Shown here in pieces: positions 59,984-64,000 of a DNA stretch of 64,000 bases. Below the pieces are notes generated by a model. The model had not been told where the DNA came from, did no database searches, and worked only from the letters and a program-made list of their open reading frames with translations. Origin of the DNA: an uncultured Pirellulales bacterium. Lineage in GTDB: Bacteria > Planctomycetota > Phycisphaerae > Sedimentisphaerales > Anaerobacaceae. Location of the stretch: contig CAZCIR010000012.1 in assembly GCA_964499145.1 (NCBI GenBank), forward strand, positions 3,603-67,602, written 5' to 3'. The translations under genes and the position numbers were made by a program. How positions within the stretch are numbered: the stretch's first letter is position 1; the number at the start of each line of letters is the position of its first letter.

Positions 59984-61018
59984 ATGAAGAATGCATTAGT
60001 CTGTGGAGCTGGTGGTTTCATCGGTAGTCATTTGGTTAAAAAACTCAAAAGAGAAGGTTTTTGGGTTCGTGGAGTTGATCTAAAATATCCAGAATTCAGC
60101 AAAACCGAAGCGGATGACTTTGTAATAGCTGATCTTCGAGATCGAGTACTCTGCCAAAATGTTACAGATAAACCGTTTGATGAAGTGTACCAGCTTGCTG
60201 CCGATATGGGCGGGGCAGGGTTTATCTTTACTGGGGAACACAACTCTGAGATTATGCACAACTCAGCTACAATTAATCTGAACATGGTTGACATTTGTAG
60301 TAGAGAAGGTGTTAAAAAGATATTCTATTCCTCGTCTGCCTGCGTTTATCCCGAGTATAACCAAATGGATCCGGACAACCCAAAATGTTCCGAAGATTCT
60401 GTCTATCCGGCTGCCCCTGATAGCGAATATGGTTGGGAAAAGCTCTTCAGTGAGCGGATGTATCTGGCTTATTACAAGAATAATAACTTGCAAGTACATA
60501 TCGCCAGATTCCACAACATATTTGGTCCTGAAGGAACATGGCGGGGAGGAAGAGAAAAAGCACCTGCTGCATTCTGCAGGAAAGTAGCAGAAACTGAAAA
60601 CGGTGGTGAAATAGAAATGTGGGGCGATGGCAAACAAACAAGGTCATTCCTCTATATTGATGAATGTCTCGATGGTGTACGCCTATTGATGGATTCAGAT
60701 TTTACTGGACCAGTTAATATTGGTTCAGAAGAAAGGATAACAATAAACGAACTGGCACAAATGATTATGGATATTAGCAGCAAAAACCAGACCATAAAGC
60801 ACATAGATGGCCCATTGGGAGTAAGAGGAAGAAACTCAGACAACAAGCTTATTTATGAGAAGCTTGGCTGGAAACCATCGCGGCAACTTCGAGAGGGAAT
60901 GGAAAAAACATACCAATGGATAGAAAAACAGGTAAAGAAAAATAGGGCTCAACCACAAATAGCCTGCACTCCAACTAAGTCTAATATCGAAAAAAGCTTT
61001 ATAGTTATTAAAAAATGA
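59984..61018 (+). CDS. gme: GDP-mannose 3,5-epimerase homologue (extended SDR)
   Basis: The sequence is colinear with my memory of plant GME. Shared motifs are GAGGFIGSH, LAADMGGAGFI, YSSSACVYPE, RFHNIFGPEGTWRGGREKAPAAFCRK, MWGDGKQTRSFLYIDECLDG and GVRGRNSDN. Confidence 0.85.
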   Translation: MKNALVCGAGGFIGSHLVKKLKREGFWVRGVDLKYPEFSKTEADDFVIADLRDRVLCQNVTDKPFDEVYQLAADMGGAGFIFTGEHNSEIMHNSATINLNMVDICSREGVKKIFYSSSACVYPEYNQMDPDNPKCSEDSVYPAAPDSEYGWEKLFSERMYLAYYKNNNLQVHIARFHNIFGPEGTWRGGREKAPAAFCRKVAETENGGEIEMWGDGKQTRSFLYIDECLDGVRLLMDSDFTGPVNIGSEERITINELAQMIMDISSKNQTIKHIDGPLGVRGRNSDNKLIYEKLGWKPSRQLREGMEKTYQWIEKQVKKNRAQPQIACTPTKSNIEKSFIVIKK

Positions 61019-61983
61019 AAATATTGGTTACCGGCGGCAGTGGCTTTATTGGGACTTGTCTTGTCAGAGAATTGCTCAATAGGGGCCACCAGGTCACTAT
61101 ATTTGATAAGAACGAGAGCTCTAAATATCCCGAGTCTGTAGTTATCGGTGATGTCCGCAATAGTAACGCACTTATAACTGTTGCGGCAGGCCATGATGTT
61201 ATATATCACTTAGCTGCCGAGCACACAGACAATGTGAAGCCGATCTCGCTTTACCATGATGTAAATGTTGAAGGAGCGAAAAACCTGGTAATTGCAGCGG
61301 AAAATGCTAATATTAACAAAATCATATTTACAAGCACGGTTGCTGTCTATCCATTAAACGCTAATGAACCTGATGAGGATAGCCAGGTAGTGCCGTTCAA
61401 CGAATATGGTAAAAGCAAATACGCCGCTGAGCAGGTTTTTACCGAATGGGCCTCCGAAGACAACTCCAAATCTCTTACAATAATTCGGCCTTGTGTAGTA
61501 TTCGGCGAGAACAATAGGGGCAACGTTTACAATCTGCTGTCACAAATTTGTAGAAGAAGATTTATTATGGTGGGCACCGGCCGGAATAAAAAGTCTATGG
61601 GATACGTTGGAAATATTGTAAATTTTCTAATATTTGCCCTGGATTTTGGTCCGGGTTTTGAGCTTTTCAATTATGCTGATAAACCGGACCTTACCACAAA
61701 CGAACTTGTCCGGGGCGCCAGAGACACCTTTGGAAGAAACGGTGACGCTCAGTTACACCTTCCATATAGTATTGGTTTATTAGGCGGCTTTGCTTTTGAC
61801 TTGCTCGCACATATTAGCGGAAAATCTTTTCCGATAAGTTCTATTCGCATAAAAAAATTCTGTGCAAATACAACCATATCAGCGAATCGCTTATTGAAAA
61901 CCGGTTTCAAACCACCTTATACGCTTAAACAGGCTCTTGAGCGAACAATTAAATTCGAATTTCCCCTACAGACAGAACAGTAA
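61015..61983 (+). CDS. NAD-dependent sugar epimerase/dehydratase (extended SDR), specificity unknown
   Basis: Motifs are ILVTGGSGFIG and YGKSKYAAE (YxxxK). Its start forms a 4-nt ATGA overlap with gme. Confidence 0.8.
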   Translation: MKILVTGGSGFIGTCLVRELLNRGHQVTIFDKNESSKYPESVVIGDVRNSNALITVAAGHDVIYHLAAEHTDNVKPISLYHDVNVEGAKNLVIAAENANINKIIFTSTVAVYPLNANEPDEDSQVVPFNEYGKSKYAAEQVFTEWASEDNSKSLTIIRPCVVFGENNRGNVYNLLSQICRRRFIMVGTGRNKKSMGYVGNIVNFLIFALDFGPGFELFNYADKPDLTTNELVRGARDTFGRNGDAQLHLPYSIGLLGGFAFDLLAHISGKSFPISSIRIKKFCANTTISANRLLKTGFKPPYTLKQALERTIKFEFPLQTEQ

Positions 61984-62380
61984 ACTCTAAACTCACGGTC
62001 AGCCTTGGGCTATTTTCACATGGTCTTTAGTGTTTAACAAAAAATCCCTATCGTCGGTTTTACACTAAATGCCTGAATGTATTTTTTCATCCTTAGTCTT
62101 AAATCAAACTGGTCAGCTCTATTCAGCATTCGTATAATCTGTTCAAAGTAGTTTAGAGGTTTCATAATTGGCCCTCGCGAAAAACCGTTAATGTGTTCCG
62201 GGTACCTTATTTTTTCAACGAAATCTTTCTTTAGAACTATCGCCGCGGAGGCTCAATCCTTACACTCCCAGCCCCAACATAGCCTTTTTACCTTTTGATA
62301 GCACACATCTGCCATACATCTAACCCTAACCAGCGGGATATGATGTTCCTTTCCCATCCCAGGGTCAGGGGGAAATAAGG

Positions 62381-62409
62381 TTGACATCCCATAGCAATAC
62401 TGATATACT
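62381..62409 (+). promoter_or_regulatory. Near-consensus sigma-70-like promoter upstream of the DUF362 gene
   Basis: TTGACA (62381..62386), a 17-nt spacer, then TATACT (62404..62409), 140 nt upstream of ATG 62550. Found by hexamer match only. Confidence 0.35.
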
Positions 62410-62549
62410 TAACTCTGATAATCTGCGCGTGGGAGGTTTGTGTTATACGTTATTATTTATAATCTTCGATTCACGTTGTTTCTGCTGCATCGTGGAGGAT
62501 GGTGAACTTGGCCGAAGCAGACGGCCAAAGAATCAGGATGTTGTAAAAA

Positions 62550-64000
62550 ATGCTATTTTCACGCCAAAAACGCACTCCATCAGCTTGTCCAAAAACAGGC
62601 AAATCCATTGAAAACAAAAGCAGGTTCCATTGGCTGATCTGGCTATTTCCGATTACGGGATTATTAGCTCTAATCTGGTTTTTGATACGAGTAATACCGA
62701 AGCCCTCACGGGCAACATATCCCTGTCAACGATTGGCCTTTCCATTGGCCTCAGGTTTTATAGTATGGCTGCTGGGTCTGGCTGGCTCAGTGGCAGCTTA
62801 TCGCAAGGCAAAACGTTCACTTGCACAAGCACGCTACATTGTCGCGGTATTCTTTATAACCGTTAGTGTCGGTTTTATATGGATGGCGTTAAGCAGCACA
62901 GACCTGAAGATAGCTTTTGGTGCTGATGACCCAAACCCGGCTAATGACCCCATCGGTGTTGCAAAAGGCATTCACCCAGGCCGAGTCGCCTGGATTCACG
63001 ATGCCAACGCCACCGATTGGAGTGGCGGCCACCCACCGTATTGGTGGTCCGACAACTGCATCGACCAAACAGTTGTCGATGAGATGCTCTCGAAGGCACT
63101 GCGGGCACTTACCGGTGAAAACACCGATGCCGCTGCCTGGGACGCGATATTCAGAAACTTCAACCAGCAAATGGGCAGAGGAGATGTTGGCTATACCACC
63201 GGTGAAAAAATCGCAATAAAAACCAATTGGGTTTTGAGTAACAGCACCGATACTATGGAGAAAAAAGAGCAGTATTGGGATGACATAGACAACTCACCCC
63301 AGCTCGCTATAGCTCTTCTGAAGCAACTAACAGACATCGCAGGAGTTGACCCCTGTGACATATGTTTGGGTGACCCAAGCAGGGTTATGGCCAACTACTG
63401 GTATAATATGGTCGCACCGAACTGTCCGAATGTTGTCTATTTGACAAAAGATGGCTATGCCGGCTCAGGCAGAACCACCGTTACTTACGACTACAATGCC
63501 CCCTTTTACTGGAGTGATCCCTGTGAAGATCACTGGGTCGACGTTGACGTTAATGACTTTATCCCAACCCATTTTTCTCAGTCAACCTATTTTATAGATT
63601 TTCCTATTCTTAAAAGTCACAACTCCGCTGGAATAACAGTTTCTGGTAAAAACCATTTCGGCTCTTTGATTAGGAGTCCGGCCGATGATGGTTATTATGA
63701 TATGCACCATACAAGGGCGGAAGAAAGACCCGGGATGGGCCATTACAGAGCAATTGTTGACCTTCTCGGTCATCCGAAATTAGGCGGCAAAACCATGCTG
63801 TGCTTAGTCGACGGCCTCTATGCAGGACGAAGCTGGGATTCGCAGCCAATCCAATGGCAAATGGCACCATTCAACAATGATTGGCCATCCAGTATATTTC
63901 TCTCTCAAGACCCTATTGCAACCGACTCAGTATGCTACGATTTTATGTTCACTGAATGGGATGGATTCGGAGTAAATGGATACCCTCATTTATCTGGTGC
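62550..64000 (+). CDS. Membrane-anchored DUF362-domain protein, first 483 codons; the 3' end runs off the window
   Basis: Absent from the ORF track because it is open at the edge. My translation from ATG 62550 reads MLFSRQKRTPSACPKTGKSIENKSRFHWLIWLFPITGLLALIWFLIRVIPKPSRATYPCQRLAFPLASGFIVWLLGLAGSVAAY...GIHPGRVAWIHDANATDW...GEKIAIKTNWV...NSPQLAIALLKQLTDIAGVDPCDICLGDPS...IDFPILKSHNSAGITVSGKNHFGSL...ATDSVCYDFM. There is no stop through position 64000, and the pattern is that of DUF362. Confidence 0.8.
   Translation, partial: MLFSRQKRTPSACPKTGKSIENKSRFHWLIWLFPITGLLALIWFLIRVIPKPSRATYPCQRLAFPLASGFIVWLLGLAGSVAAYRKAKRSLAQARYIVAVFFITVSVGFIWMALSSTDLKIAFGADDPNPANDPIGVAKGIHPGRVAWIHDANATDWSGGHPPYWWSDNCIDQTVVDEMLSKALRALTGENTDAAAWDAIFRNFNQQMGRGDVGYTTGEKIAIKTNWVLSNSTDTMEKKEQYWDDIDNSPQLAIALLKQLTDIAGVDPCDICLGDPSRVMANYWYNMVAPNCPNVVYLTKDGYAGSGRTTVTYDYNAPFYWSDPCEDHWVDVDVNDFIPTHFSQSTYFIDFPILKSHNSAGITVSGKNHFGSLIRSPADDGYYDMHHTRAEERPGMGHYRAIVDLLGHPKLGGKTMLCLVDGLYAGRSWDSQPIQWQMAPFNNDWPSSIFLSQDPIATDSVCYDFMFTEWDGFGVNGYPHLSG

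Noticed and set aside
62320-62331. Telomere-like CTAACCCTAACC
   Set aside because: There are only two units, in a bacterial intergenic region, so this is compatible with chance.
62040-62360. Minus-strand reading frame of ~107 codons interrupted by one in-frame TGA (MGKEHHIPLVRVRCMADVCYQKVKRLCWGWECKD*ASAAIVLKKDFVEKIRYPEHINGF...MKPLNYFEQIIRMLNRADQFDLRLRMKKYIQAFSVKPTIGIFC*)
   Set aside because: It could be a pseudogene or, very speculatively, a Sec-containing ORF. I recognise no family, RBS or SECIS-like hairpin, and the frame is short. The evidence is insufficient to report it as a feature; a blastx of the region would settle it.
1-64000. CRISPR arrays, rRNA genes, prophage or classical defence genes (restriction-modification, toxin-antitoxin, retron, CBASS-like)
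   Set aside because: Reading both strands, I found no regularly spaced direct repeats, no rRNA-like conserved blocks, and no proteins with nuclease, reverse-transcriptase or cyclase defence signatures. The only repeats are those listed under features.

Overview
All assignments come from reading the sequence and the ORF track and from recognising motifs by eye. No searches or statistics were run.

The window is a moderately AT-rich bacterial chromosome segment. Its protein repertoire and small palindromic repeats suggest a Planctomycetota/Phycisphaerae-like or related uncultivated lineage, but that is weak inference.

Layout:
- (1) 1-955: the truncated end of an IS256-family element. Its transposase gene is open at the window edge and is missing from the ORF track.
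- (2) 1.7-5.2 kb: a 1017-aa secreted repeat protein of tail-fibre-like GNVGIGT modules, plus a small dockerin-like secreted partner.
- (3) 5.5-12.1 kb: housekeeping and small genes. These are sixA, a PflX-like radical SAM gene, the pdaD-speB putrescine pair with a coiled-coil lipoprotein, a DksA/TraR-family gene, a zinc-ribbon membrane protein, DUF72 and DUF2905. This block also holds back-to-back 3'-end remnants of a second DUF72 / radical-SAM pair.
- (4) 12.1-18.7 kb, minus strand: a tightly coupled four-gene operon. It runs AmmeMemoRadiSam radical SAM enzyme, 60-codon Tat-motif ORF, exported Memo::AMMECR1 fusion, then a 1276-aa membrane chimera (SpeE-like fold + FMN_bind + NapH/NosR-type polyferredoxin). 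I rate this the most interesting candidate for an undescribed system.
- (5) 18.8-19.0 kb: an unassigned GC-rich 115-nt foldable element next to tRNA-Ser(GCU).
- (6) 19.6-62.0 kb: a plus-strand-only glycan locus of about 42 kb.
  - Export and initiation genes: Wza/Wzc/CpsB-type phosphatase, O-antigen-ligase-like::TPR, and a WecA-type initiating transferase.
  - A decayed junction holding a gmd pseudogene.
  - A 31.5-kb block with Wzm/Wzt and an animal-NANS-like nonulosonate-9-P synthase + KdsC-family phosphatase + cytidylyltransferase module, interleaved with an SDR, an aldehyde dehydrogenase and a fused transketolase.
  - The block also has AsnB-like amidotransferase, about 9 glycosyltransferases, 3 class I methyltransferases, one FkbM methyltransferase, one B12-radical SAM enzyme, a second Wzy-like protein, a GDP-mannose 3,5-epimerase homologue and another epimerase.
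- (7) 62.55 kb to the end: a membrane-anchored DUF362 gene, open at the window edge and missing from the ORF track.

I saw no CRISPR array, rRNA, integrase or recognisable defence genes.
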